Position numbers and translations under genes: made by a program
The notes under the pieces: model-generated
Database searches by the model: none
Seen by the model: only the letters and a program-made list of their open reading frames with translations
Told to the model about the DNA's origin: nothing
Shown here: positions 50,999 to 64,000 of the stretch, piece by piece
Layout of the letters: the number at the start of each line of letters is the position of its first letter
Numbering within the stretch: position 1 is the stretch's first letter
Assembly (NCBI GenBank): GCA_965287045.1
Contig: OZ336884.1
Span: 44,330,001 to 44,394,000, forward strand
Reading direction: 5' to 3'
Origin: Carcharhinus amblyrhynchos
Lineage: Eukaryota
Length of the DNA stretch: 64,000 bases

Positions 50999-51745
50999 AG
51001 ATCCACAGCAGAAACACACGACCCTGAGTAGATGTCATCCTCAAATCAAGGAGCAGGCAATGACAATGAATGTAACATTTGCAATTTTTTTACCCTAAGG
51101 TATAATTCTTGAATCTAGAGTGCTTTAAAAAATTATAACCAAGACACTACAATATCTATCCTTATTTCTTTTAAAATCTCAAGGGTGGAATCCATCAGAT
51201 GCTGGACACTTGGCTATCTTAAGTCCCAGTGTCATCTTCATTACCATTTTTACTTACACTGATCTCACTAACTTCACTTTACTTATTTCTAGGTTCCCTT
51301 GTGTCATTCTGTTTTGTCCTTCAATTCTCTTCTTCATACCCCTAAGAGATTTTACTTTCGATTTGATATCCCTTTTAAGTCATTCTTTTTCAGATTCTCA
51401 TCTTGAACTTCTACTGCTTCTTTGTATCTGGCCTCCATTTTCTGCTAAAACCTGCAGATACAGACAGATGCCTAATGGGACAGCCATAAGGTGGTCTCTG
51501 TACAAATCTAATTAACTCTGTAAATACATACAGATGCAAAAAGGAACATAGTTTTGAAAAGGTATTCACAGCTTTCGTAAAAAGCGAGGTAAAAAAGCTT
51601 TAAAGGAAAAAAAACCACCAATTTGGTTAAAAGTCAAATGCACTCTCATTTGAGAGAGAATCCAGTACAGTTTAGTTTCCGTTTTACCGTTCAGCACTAG
51701 TTACTAATGGTTGCTACTGACCACAGCACCATTCGGACAGACTAT

Positions 51746-51881
51746 GGCCAGAATTCTCGAATGTTGTTGGGCACACCACCACTGCCAGCAACAACAGAGA
51801 AATTGGCGTGCAGCCAAATTGCCAATCACAGCAGCGGGGCTGGAGAATCCTAGCTGCGGACAAGGTTGGAGAATTCTGGCC
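51746..51881. mobile_element. 136-bp MITE with perfect 13-bp TIRs
   Basis: ggccagaattctc (51746-51758) and gagaattctggcc (51869-51881). Confidence 0.75.
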
Positions 51882-51989
51882 TGTATTATGGGGGTCTAAT
51901 GCACCCAGTGAATATTGGGCATGCAGGCTTCTTGTCACTGACATTTCCACCATTCATTATGGTGTGCTATTTGTAAACATGCCTCACCA

Positions 51990-52580
51990 TTAATCAGAAA
52001 CTCAACGAGACCAGCCTTGGCTACAAGAGCAGTTCAGAGGATTGGAATTCTTCAGTAAGTGACTCAACTCCCAATTCACCAGAGCTTTTTCACCATTTAC
52101 AAGAAACAAGTCAGAAGTGTGACAGAATATTCCCCATTTGCCTGGATGAGCTGATTTCCAGCAACACTCAAGGAACCTGATTTCATCCAAGACAAAGCAA
52201 CTCAGCATCAACCAATCCGCTGCACTGCCTTCCAGCATCAGCACAAGATGGACGCAGTGTTTACAATCAATGAGCTGCTCAACAGAAACATGCCAAGACT
52301 TCTTTAATAGCATTCTAATGCCTTGACATTTTCTACCTAGAAGGAACAGGGTAACAAGCACATGGGAACACCATCTCTTCCAAGTTCCTCTCCAAGTCAC
52401 ACACCACCCTTACTTGGAATCATTCCCTCCCTAACAGCACTGCAAGAGTATCTTCACCACACAGATTGCAGTGGTTCAAGAAAGAGTTTCACAACCAGCT
52501 TCTCAAGGGCAGTTCGGAATGGAAAATAAATGATGCCATTGTCTGCAACACCCACATACCATGAATGAATGATTAAAAAA
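51990..52580 (+). mobile_element. CR1/L2-group LINE 3' fragment (family of 2620-4395)
   Basis: TIYKKQVRSVTEYSPFAWMS..LKEPDFIQDKA, with the tail 'cccacataccatgaatgaatgattaaaaaa'. Confidence 0.75.
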
Positions 52581-52699
52581 GAACAGGATATGTAATAACA
52601 ATACAGTGTCTAAATAGATGTGTTTTTAAGTTATAATAATGTATTACATGATTTTTTTTCAGAACAAAGAGGTCCTAATTAACCATCAGTGTACCATCA

Positions 52700-52900
52700 T
52701 CAATCATTAGAGAATAAAGTTTCTGAAGCTGTCATTTTAGAGGGGGAGATAACTGTAGTTTTCAAGAAAGGAGGGACATGACCAGAGAAAGAGATATGTT
52801 GACATTGTTTGTGAGCGCGGGGTTGAAGAATGGACAATTGTATGGTCATGAATTGAGATGGACGGAGAATAAGAAACATCCACAACTGACATGATGCAGT
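52700..52900 (-). mobile_element. Old L2 RT fragment
   Basis: SFSGHVPPFLKTTVISP resembles the L2 pattern SLSSGxVPxxFKTAVITP. Confidence 0.35.
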
Positions 52901-53367
52901 TAATAACACAGGGAAGAAGTGGTAGCAAAACATACACACCACTCAACACTGTGGAACTTCATAACATTAATTCACTTTTAATACACCTTTTAAGAGATTT
53001 TATTTTATTGAGCAGAAAATAAATCACTGACTGTCTGAAAGCTTGGTAAACAAAGCAGCTGAAACAATAGAGTCATCTGAAGGATTCAGAACAGCTGTGG
53101 TGACATTAAAGTTGAGAGCACATTGGTGACCTTCGCCATCAATGGCCATGCATTGCAGTTGACTATTTAGTCTTGCAGATCCTTGACAGCAATTGGTACA
53201 GCTCAGTCATTGTCTGTTTGTGGACAAAAGCCTCCATGATGCCTAGCTGGTGACTTAGCTGCAGCATACCAGCTGCATTAAGTCATACCTTGCATGTAAA
53301 CTCTGCAATCACATTTTGAAATAACTTATTTTTCTACTTCTTCTCCAGCACAGTCAATCCACCCAAT

Positions 53368-53659
53368 GCAGCATTGTGGCACAGTGGTTTTCACTGCTGC
53401 CTCACTGCACCAGGGATCAGGGTTCAATTCTTGGCGTGGGTCACACTCTCTGCGGTGTCTGCACATTCTCCCCCTGTCTGTGTGCATTTCCTCCGGGTGC
53501 TCTGGTTTCCTCCCACAGTCTGAAAGACGCGCTGGTTAGGTCATTGGCCATGCTAAATTCTCCCTCAATGTACCCACACAGGCACCAGAGTGAGGTGGCT
53601 AGGGGATTTGTTAATGCAGTGTTAATGTAAGCCTGCTGGTGACTAATAAATAAACTTTA
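53368..53659 (+). mobile_element. V-SINE variant with an alternative 3' tail
   Basis: HE1-like head and core, with the tail 'gcagtgttaatgtaagcctgctggtgactaataaataaacttt'. Confidence 0.8.
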
Positions 53660-55866
53660 AAAATAATCAACAATACCCTTGGATACACAATTCCAAAATC
53701 TCATCTTTTGAAAAAACCACTAAGTGAGGCTTTGACTGGGAGTACATTGTGCAGTCTCTCTGTGGCTCTGCTGCAAAATGTCTCCTGGTTCATTGTTAAT
53801 AGTCATAATATGTTCAATTGGCCTTTTTCTTTATTTTGATTTGGAAGTGGTCGGAATCCTCAGAGTGGCACTAAGAATGGGCAATGCATTCATTGTTGCT
53901 TTTTCCTCAGATTGCTGTTATGTCATGTGGTTCCCAGAAGTTCAAAATAACCACCTCTGTAAACTTGAACGCTGGAGCTACATCAAATGTATTTCTCAGG
54001 TCAGAGCATATGTTGCAGACTAATACATTGTTTGTATGATAAAAAGGCCAGCATTTTCCATTTTCTTTATTATCGGAAGGGTTTGGTGACAGGAGCAGAA
54101 AATCTCATGAGAGGCCCAAATCGCATTTCATTTTGGCACAAAGTCTCGCTATGATCGACCCACCACCATCGCTCCTGCTCCCCCGCATCCCCCCCACAAC
54201 AATCACTTTCATAATGGGCATTCCCAAACATTGGGAACACTATTATAATAAATTTGAGTCTAATTATCAGGCCTTTGTGCCTGACTATGCCCCACTTTAG
54301 ATTATCCATTCAACTAGTCTCCCATTGCATTCAGCTGGCAAGCAGGTCTGCTGGAGGAGCTCAGGTGAATGCATTGTTTGATGGGAAGGAGGGGCGGGGT
54401 CAGTCATGCCCAGGCAATACCCCCTAGACAGTGTTGGAGGCAGGGCGAGGGGATTGTTGTGCGTGAGTGTGATGGGGGTGGGGGAGTGGATTGGGAATGG
54501 TAAAGGGTTGGGTGTGGGTTCCAGGGTCCATTCTAACTTTTGTATACTGGAGCAGTCTTTTAAAATGCTACCCCAATCTTTAAAAACTAAGTTGCTAGCA
54601 GGGTGGGCTTGCCAATGTGCCAACATGGGACCAGTCGATTCAAGTGTTTTTAAATAAGTTTCAAGCAACACGGCAGAGAAAGCAGCCATTGGAGCCAGTA
54701 ACTACAATACTGCTTTTCCCACCTGCTGTCCCACTTTGCATTTAGAATAGGAAATTCCACAGTCTGTAGTACAGAAGTGAGTGATGTGGCATTCTGAATG
54801 CTTATGTACACATTCATGTAAAAATATGGCTCCTAAATCACATTGGAGTAATATAACAATATGACAATTTCAAAGCTCTTTGCCCATATTTGTTTTTGTC
54901 AATGGGGGAGAACCTTGGTGGCAATGGGAGCTCAAGTACTGAATCATTTGGTGCTATTGTGCCCTTCAATGCACCTGGAAACTATATAATTAGACTATAA
55001 TTTATAACTATATAAAATTGTTTATGTCTTTCAAACTGCTGTATTGCTTAAACTGTGTTTAATTACTGGCTGCTGCTTATTTCTGTGATTGGCTACCTCT
55101 GAATAGTCTTGATATTACCTGTCTTCTGAAGTGATCGGGGTATGAGTATCTGAGTATCTCAGTGATACTCACTGAGTTTCACTGATGGAATGAGGGAGGT
55201 GGAACAGGAAACATTTGGTTTGCTTGCACCCACCCCCATCATCTCAACACAGCAAATGGCCAAGTAGTGGCTGGCTGGCGGGAAGGTGGTTAATTGGCCT
55301 TGGGAAGGGGGTCCTTAGTCACTGGGATGTCTAGCAGAAATGTTAAGCAGGAAACGGGCTATGTCAAGAACCGGAAGTCAGTTATGGCTTTGAAATTAAA
55401 AGCCCCTTGCCCTCTTCCTCTCTCCTTATTTGTAAAAGCAGCCTAAACGCAGTAAATACGTAAAGTCTAACAATGTCCAAGTGCTGTCACCTTCACCAGC
55501 AGACTCTGCTGCTATAACAGCCTTGGCCCCACTTTCAGGTCTTTTTATCCAACATTGTATTGCTTCGTCATAACTGGCATGAAGCACTCCCAAACATTCT
55601 ACCACCCAAATACTGAAAAATTGAGTTGGCAATGAAAAATTGCAGTCAATTGAGTTTTAATAAGCTCAATGGCTTTTAATTGTCTATTCTAAAGCAGCAG
55701 ATGAGCTTCTGATTTTGGCATCAACTCGCCTTCTTGGCATGAAGGCATCAGATTGCTGACCCAACATCATCTTGCTATATTCTGTGCAGGCATCGGGGTG
55801 GCGGTGACCCACTTAATTTATGACCATAAAATCCAGCCCCCATGTTACTGTACAGAAAACAATACA

Positions 55867-56070
55867 GCCAGGATTTTCCACCCTCCCCTGTGATGGGTTT
55901 TCCCATACCGGATATGGTAAGTCAGGCCACTAGTGGAATTTCCCAATCCCAGAAAAGTCAATGGATTTCTGAGTGTCTCACCCGCCCTGCCACTGGGGAA
56001 TCCATTGCAAGGCATTGACTTCGATGGGACTGGAAGATCCTGCTTGTGAGAGGGACTGGAAAATCCTGCC
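55867..56070. mobile_element. About 200-bp Harbinger-type MITE
   Basis: Ends gccaggattttcca and tggaaaatcctgcc. Confidence 0.65.
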
Positions 56071-58233
56071 AGTTCAGTTCAGAGGAAGCAGAAGACTGCC
56101 TATGGAAACATATGCTTGAAACAAAGGAAAAGCATTTGAAGATAACCAAAACTCCAATGGTGTATTACATCAGTAGAATAACAGATATATACGCCTGACT
56201 ATGATGGAGGTGAAATTTGTGATGAGAGAAGGGTCATCTAAAAAGGTAAATATGGATAAGAAGAATTATTCGGGTCATCTTAGCTCCATCTATGTGAAAA
56301 TCATTTGGTTATATCCTCCCAGCAGTACAGAGGAAGAGCTCAACACATTCGAGCAGCAGTTATTTATTTTATTTTCCACTATATATATGTTGTTTCCATG
56401 AACATGTGTATACAGTGGAAAATGCAATAAATTTCATAGATACTCTAGACAGGTAGATTATTTAGTAATAACCCTCTGACAGACCACTCAATAATTAGTT
56501 GGTTAACTGAACAACCTCTTACCAAAATATTCCAGCAACAGTTATATGATCCGCTGAGCCATTTTGATAACACTGGTAACATCCTGTTAAATACACCCCA
56601 TTAAATTTATGAATTGCAATTAGATAGAAATTGCCGCATCGACAGCCTCTAAAAAATAAAATTAGGGTGAAAGTTTTGGACTGTAATTTTCATTGGCGTC
56701 TGTGGAAGGCAACCATTTCAAATGGTTGAATTACTTGACCATTTTAGGAAAGCAGAATCTTCTGGACTGCAAAATGTGTACCGTGGTCAACTTCAATTAC
56801 AAATGGAACATTAGCTTTGAAATATTTAATAAAATCGAATGAATAAAAATTACAGATCTTGCCAATGGCTTGTGTACTGAAGCTTTTCAGCCAATGCTCT
56901 AAACACTCCAACTGATCAATTATTATTATAATCAGATACATGGACGTTAACTTCCATTGTGGAAATATTATCCTAACGTATTATTATGTGCATCCGCCAG
57001 TATTGTGCAACAAACAAAACTGTGCCTGTCAAAACGTTTTTTTTAGCAGCTAATGCAATACTTTGATCCTCTCTCATGTGGAGTAATTAGAACGTAAGCT
57101 CCTCCATTAGATTGCTCCTTTAGACTGGGAAATACAGTGCAAGAATAAATTCTTACCCTTTTTCTTCCAAGCGAGTGAGTTTCACCAGCCTCAGCCTGAA
57201 TATTTGACTGCAAATAATCTCTGTACTGGGCAGAGCATGGGATATTATTCATATATCCCAGGAGGACTCTACCTACCAGACTGATGTTCTCTTCCTTTCA
57301 AGTAAGAGTGTGTAACTGAGGACAGATGGAGGGAATTTTAAAAATAGGCATGCTTAGCATGGTTTTGAGGGAACCACCTGAATGCTTTCATGAGCCTTTC
57401 CCTTTTTATTCTATAGTTTGGTTTACGTTTCTTTCTACAACATGTCATTAAAACAACTAACTATGTCTCATGCAGAGTTTTCATTGAGATCTCTTCTTTT
57501 GACATTGAACATCTGACCATTTTGCTTCACTTCCCCTTACCTCTTGGTAACTGGATTCACATTTGTGGCTTAATTCTTTGTCAGAATGCTCTCTTCTTAG
57601 ATTATTATTTTCCAGACTCTTCAGTTGGTCTATACCAATTCTTCCTTTACCCCTCTTTTCATTACCATACTGAATCTCAGAATGTGTCAGGTTTCTGGCA
57701 CTTCAATGTCTCTTACTTTAATTTGCCTATCTGGGACACTCTTCCCATACTTTCCCCATCCTTTTGCCCTTAATATGTCCCCTACCTCTTCACCTTCCCA
57801 GAACTGATTCTCACTTCTATCATTTCCCCTACCATTCCTATTTATCTGCCATTGAACACCCCACTCAATCCTACATCTCCCCCACTTCTTTGTTCTGTTG
57901 CCACTCACTTCACTTTTAAATTCAATTCCCCTCATCTCCATCATTCTCTACAAGGATAAGGGATAAAAAATCAGAGGTATCTTTACATTCAAATAATTTC
58001 TGTGTTTCACATCACCTCCTATTCTCACTTCCTTTATGGTTCCCTCAAAGTATTTTTGCTTTCAAAATTCAACTTAAAGAATAGTTACAGTAACTGCTTT
58101 TCTATCTACATGTATCTAGCTCTCTGTCTGGCCTACATGTGACACCAGGCCCACATCAATGTGGTTGACTCTCAAATGTGCTCAGGTCTAGCCCAGCCAG
58201 CGACACCCACATTCCATGAACAAATAAAAAAAA

Positions 58234-58442
58234 GTTGGCTGGACAACTAGCTTGGGATGCAGAATGACGCCATCAGTACGAGTTCAGTTCCCCTACCAGC
58301 TGAGGTTATTCATGAAGGCCTGCTTTTTCAACCTTCCCCCTTGCCTGAGGTGAGTTGATCCTCAGGTTAAATCACCACTAGTCAGCTCTCCCCCTCAAAG
58401 TGGGAGCAGCATATGGTCATCTGGGACTATGGCGACTTTACC
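58234..58442 (+). mobile_element. Unclassified tRNA-derived SINE, directly after another SINE tail (58125-58233)
   Basis: B-box-like gagttcagttccc, internal stem cctgagg..cctcagg, and end 'ctgggactatggcgactttacc'. Confidence 0.5.
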
Positions 58443-60789
58443 TGACATTAATAGTCAGCCAGAGTCAGTGGTTGTTCCCCAGACTAGAAGGATTCTGTTA
58501 AACAGGTGTTAAGGCAAAAGTGGTAACTTTAGGCCAATTGCTTGACTTAAATAATACACGGGGCAAACATAAGTATCATCAGAGATAGCTTGTATGACCA
58601 CACAGCTAGAGAAAGCTCTATCAGTGATATTGAGCATATTGGGGAAAATACGGTCATGTCTTAAAATTGTGAAAGAATGTTTTGAAGAAATCATCGGATT
58701 TGAGGATGCATATTACTTACTTGGACTTTCAGAAGGATTTTGATAAGGTATGCACAAGGACTGGCAAATTTGCTTTGACCTATCCTTGGGGATTTGATCA
58801 TTTGAGATTTGATCACAAGACATTTGCCAACTGCAAGGATTATTGCAGTTCTGGCAAATTGAGTGATCAGTACTCCAAGCATCAAATACAATAGCTGGTT
58901 TTTTTTAGTGAGATGAATAGCATAACGTATGCATCAAAGGAGGAACACAAATAAAGGGAGATTTAAGGATAATTGAGATTTAAATAAAAACTTATTCTGT
59001 GACATTTCCAAGATGCTGACTACAATGAAAAACAGTATTCAATACAAAATCCTCATAAATATAAACAACTTAAAACTAACTTTCATACAATTTTATGACT
59101 CCTTACACAATTTATAAAAGCAATAAATAAGACCAAAAATAAATTTAATTCAATTGTTTGACTTCTACACTCCGCTGCAGCCCAGCTTCAGGGAATAAGC
59201 AGCACCAAAGCTGCCTCACTCCCAGAAGAAACCACATTATATAATAAAGCACATCATATGCCAACACAAGCCCTTCTTCCCTCCAGTTTGTGCTGCTGTC
59301 TCTCCCCATTTCCATCTTACCTTGCTCTGCCTCACCATTCCCAGTTCGTGCTGTTCTCTCTCACCTTCTCCATTTCATCCATCTCTTCTAGCTATTTTGC
59401 TCCCTCCTTTGTTTTCATTTTGCTCTCACTCTCAATCTACCAGTTTTTATGTTTTTATCTCCCTTCCAGTTCATGTTTCTCTCTCCCTCCCTCTCTCAGG
59501 ATCCACATAATCTTCAGGTGATTTTTGTTGGTCTCAATGCCATCATGCTCACAATCAGCAACAAAGCGGTGTTTCCAAACAACTGGGGTTCAGCAGGCCT
59601 TAGGGAATGTGGCTTGGTCACAAGCTACAGGACATCATGTATGCACAAATCATGCACACATGACCCGTTACTGTCCATTCACCAGCAAAGTAAAGTAAAA
59701 ATGTATTTATTAGTCATAAGTAAGGCTTACATTAACACTGCAACGGAGTTACTGTGATGCAGTGATTTCCAAAATCAATTGCCCATTCTGACAATTGGGC
59801 CACCAAAAACAGGGAGAATGGGACCCTTACAGAAGAACTTCTTGTACCAAGACGGAAGATTACAGAACTAATGGTCATTGCTGCAGACAATTGAAAATTG
59901 AGTAAATTCCTGTAGGTACCAAGCTGCTGTCAGTTAATTGGAATGTTCGGGGACCTGTTATTACTGGTACCTCACGTGGATTAATATTCTGCCTTTGTTA
60001 CATAGAACTTTCATGAATGACCAAGGTGTAGATGTTTGGTTCAATGCAATGGCACACAGCTACAGTATAGCTCAGGCAAATGGCGTTCTGGATTATATTC
60101 AAAGGACAATGCATTACAATTCAATGCACATCAACATTTTCTTTTATAAAACTTTGGTTGGGTATCAGTTAGAATAGTGTTCAGTTTTGGCTTCCTCACA
60201 GACTAAGGGGACTTTGAGGCTTTGACTAAGTTCAGGGGAGAGCCACTAGATGAATTCACAATTTAAATGCCTTTGATACCCAGATAGATCAAAAAACTGG
60301 GTTCAAATATTTTAGCAAAGTGTAGACTCAGGGAAGATTTGATCGCAGTTGATCATGGCTTGAATGTATTACAGTGTGTTCATATAGACTAATTCTCTCA
60401 GCTGGCTAAGGATGGTCAGACTTAGAAGTTATCTAAGGACAGAACTAGGTTCAATATTAGGCAGCTTTTTGCTTCCCCAAAATAGAGGACTGGTGAAGTA
60501 GGATGTTGGCACTGTATGCAGTTGGACTTGGCTCTTGCCGGGCAGAGATAACCTCATACGAGGGGTAAGTATGGTGTTAATATGATGTCCTGAACTGATT
60601 ATGCTCCAATATGACAACTGTGAAACACGTGTGCATTCCAAGCTAGAGGTGGAATGCCACTCTATTGGCACAGGTAAAACAATAGCTGTCCAAGGTCTAC
60701 ACACCTGACCACATATCTTTTTTGAGTCCCCTTTATAAAATTTGGATTTCCTGGATGCAACAAATTGGGCCAACTGTATTCAGGAAAAT

Positions 60790-61732
60790 CAAATTTTTCT
60801 GGGATAGCTTGACCTTGGGTTCGGACATAGCTCGACACGACACCGAGGGCCATAGGGCCTGTACAGTGCTGTACTGTTCTATGTTTTATCTTTCTATGTT
60901 TCTATGAAGATTATTATCTGAATGGTGGCAGTTTAGGAAAAGGGGAAATGCAACGTGACCTGGGTGTCCTGTTGTAACAGTCGCTGAAGGTTGACATGCA
61001 GGTAAGCAGGCGGTGAGGAAAGCTTATGACATGCTGGCTTTCATAGCAAGACTTTTGAATGGACTTATCATACATTAAGCTGATCTTTCTTTAAACCTTA
61101 TCAGTAACTGCAACACTATATTCTGCACCCTGTCCTTTCCTTGTTCCCATGTACTCAATGAATGGTATGCTTTGTCTGTAAAGTTCACAAGAAACAATAC
61201 TTTTCACTGTTTCCCAATACATGTGATAATAATAACTCAAATCAATTCAATTTCAAAGAACATCAGGATGCTGCCTGGTATGGAAGGCTTTAGCTATGAG
61301 GAAAGGTTGGAAAAACTTGGTTTGTTCTCACTGGAATGGTGGAGGTTGAGGGGCGACCTGATAAAAGTCTACAAGATTAAGAGGGGAATGGGCAGAGTGG
61401 ATAGTCAGAAGCTTTTGCCCAGGGTGGAAGAATCAATTACTTGGGGGCATAGGTTTAAGTTGTGAGGGGCAAGGTTTAAAGGAGAAAAGGCAAGGTTTTT
61501 TTTACACACAAGGTGGTGGGTGCCTGGAACTCACTCTGGGGGGAGGTAGTGGAAGCGGATACGAGAGTGACTTTTAAAGGGCGTCTTTACAAATACATAA
61601 ATAGGATGAGAATAGAGGGGTATGGTTCCTGGAAGGGTAGGGGGTTTTAATTCAGACGGGCAGCATGGTCGGTGTATGCTTGGAGGGCTGAAGGGCCTGT
61701 TCCTGCATTGTAATTTTCTTTGTTCTTTGTTC
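60790..61732 (+). mobile_element. Stack of LINE fragments: CR1 3' end, CR1 internal piece, Rex1/Babar 3' end, CR1 3' end
   Basis: ttctatg tail at about 60880-60905, 'gacctgggtgtcct' RT piece, Rex tail at 61050-61255, then RMLPGMEGFSYEERLEKLGLFSLE..LRGDLIKVYKI with a (ttctttg)n tail. Confidence 0.8.
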
Positions 61733-63689
61733 AAATCTTCTTCCAGTCCTTAAATGAATTGTTATAGGATGCCATCTGTGAAGGTAAGTTTGGAAAAAGT
61801 TATCCGACCTGAGTGTGGAGTCAGGCTATCCAGCTGTGCTCCTCCCAATGTTATATCAGTAGGTTTGGAGTCATTGGGTGGATTTGGGATAGTCGGGTAA
61901 ATGGGAGATAATCAAGTGGGCTGGGGGGGTATTTGTATGTGGAGAGGGATTTGATTGTTGAGTGTTGATTGGGGGTTGGTTGTGCTGTTATTCAGTCATT
62001 AGACCAGATTTTAAACAGTCTGACATTTCATGGGTAAGTATACAGGTACGTCATGCGTATCTGGTCCATGTGTCTGCCCTGAGTCTGGGATCAAGGAGAT
62101 TGCTAGAAGGTCTCAGGCAGCAACGAATTATCCCATCAGAACTTCAAACTTCAGGGGCAATTTCCACATATATCCATGTGTCAGGACTCCCACAGGGTCT
62201 TAATGTGCATTTTCTGTTGTATGTCCCGTTTCTAACAATCCAGGAGCAGGAAGACGTGAGGTGTCCTTTTTAACTTAATTAAATCCATTTACATTCAAGA
62301 AAGGCCACCAACCTACTAAAACATTAATGGCAAGAACCTTTAAAATCTGATGTTGATTGAGAAAACTAATGGCCAGATGATTAGAAAAGTTATCCTAGCA
62401 AAATCCTATTTTACACTTTAATATTAAGCTGCAAGGTTCGCCTGAAGACTATTGGCTCAAAGGATAAATAATGTACAAAAAAAATTGCTTGGATGCTGAT
62501 CATATATAAATCTGTTTCACTTCACCCATTTTATCAAATTCATTTTAATTGTAGTATTGAAAGCTTTAAATGTTGCTGGAAGGTCTGAATGACTACATTT
62601 GGACAAATTGCCGAGTTTGTTTCTGAGCAAAATCGGGTTTAGCGCTTTGATTCTTTAGGAACATTTCTGCATAAACCCATTTGATTGTTTTTTGTAAATA
62701 TGCATTTTACATCTACAATTAAGAAGTAGAAATTGGATATACCTGTGCCTGAGCCACGCCTGAAATAAAACAGGTGCAATGCAGCTCAATTCCAGCTACC
62801 AATGTCCTCCACTCAAAAAGAGAACTAACCTCAAAGCAGATCAAAGCATTTTTCAGGAGACTTGCTGGGCAAGGCACTAAGCGTGCGAGAGATGGCCAAT
62901 CATTCTGGCTTATAATGCCACAGGAAACTGGTGACACAAGGTACAAAAGAAGGTACAAACTTCACCTGGCATGGGTGTAGCCTAGGAGCTCTGTGCCATG
63001 GCAAAAGCTAACTACAATTAGCTCTCTTTCCTGCTCTCCTCCTCCTTCTCCCATACTTACTTGCCTGAGGGGTATTTACATTGAGTAAGGTGCCTAAAAT
63101 CAGTCAGGCCAGAGGATACACAATATGTGTTGGCAGTTCATCAGGCATATTTAGGTGAGGCTTAATCTCCAATTTTAGACTAGAACTGAGCAAATGTTGC
63201 TTAGGCCATAAGTTTCCAGGATAACAAATCCTACAAGTCAAGAAATTCTGAATGGTGGTGTTGCTAACCATGACAAACCACTGAGTTTCACTTGTATTGA
63301 TATGTCACCAGCACCATTCAGTTGAATCACAGCCTCACATTCAGCATTTATGCGTGTGTATATTTATTATCTAGTGATGACTTGCATTGTTCAATCACTT
63401 AATTTCTACACTAATGTTAGCAATTAGTTTTTAATTTGCTTTTATTTGCCTCCCCCACAGTTATTGTTATTCTGGGCAATAAATTAATCCACAGCCAAGA
63501 AAAAAGTTGGCAAACTTTTCTCAGGCCTTCCACATTGTGACTCTTTAACCCTTGCCATACAATAAGCAGCAGAATGGACATTCATGACTGCAATTTCTCA
63601 CATTATAAATTCCAATATTATCCCTGTTGCCTGAAACAGAAACGTCCCCGCATACTGGAATGGCAAAAACATGTGTGTGTGTGCAATTC

Positions 63690-64000
63690 TATTCTCTGTT
63701 TTCCTCTCTTGCTCCAGTCCCACCATCCCCAATTATTTCCTCTCTTTCTTGCTCCTTCACTCCATGTTAATATTTTTCTTTTTGTATTCTCATGCTTTCC
63801 TCTTCTCTTCTATTCCCTATACTTCCTGCACTCCTCTATATTCTGTCTCCATCACAGTGCCCCATTTTTCATCTCACTGCATTTCTTTCTTTCTCTCCAT
63901 CTCATCCTTCCCTTGAGGGTTTGTTCCTTTGTTCTTCATTTTCTTAAGGTCACTGATTTCTCTCTTTCTGTATCTAGCCCCTTTGCTTTATCCATCTTAT
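63690..64000. repeat. Pyrimidine-rich low-complexity tract
   Basis: Strong C/T bias on the + strand. Similar tracts occur at 57700-57950 and 59270-59500. Confidence 0.6.

Noticed and set aside
1-64000. CRISPR arrays, operons or prokaryotic defence systems
   Set aside because: There are no regularly spaced repeats and no dense gene organisation. The sequence is vertebrate repeat-rich DNA.

Overview
This is repeat-dense eukaryotic DNA, most likely from a cartilaginous fish (shark or ray), judged from HE1-type V-SINEs, Deu-domain SINEs and CR1/HER1-type LINE tails. It reads as intergenic or deep intronic sequence: I found no intact host gene, RNA gene or CRISPR array. Most ORFs in the track are decayed transposon fragments or chance frames. 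Recognisable contents are a Harbinger transposase remnant with many related MITEs, CR1/L2/Rex1-Babar/RTE LINE fragments, a decayed Gypsy pol, and a Penelope-like element (RT, GIY-YIG, degenerate hammerhead) nested in a CR1. The most unusual structure is at about 26890-32425. Two diverged direct repeats (LTRs), a tRNA-Leu-like primer binding site and a Gypsy-like terminus enclose about 3 kb of A-rich sequence with no recognisable gag/pol; its downstream ~2 kb is decayed, intronless coiled-coil coding sequence that resembles ANKRD26/CCDC144. This is a candidate non-autonomous LTR element carrying a captured host gene. All identifications are by eye; no database search was run, and element boundaries are approximate.
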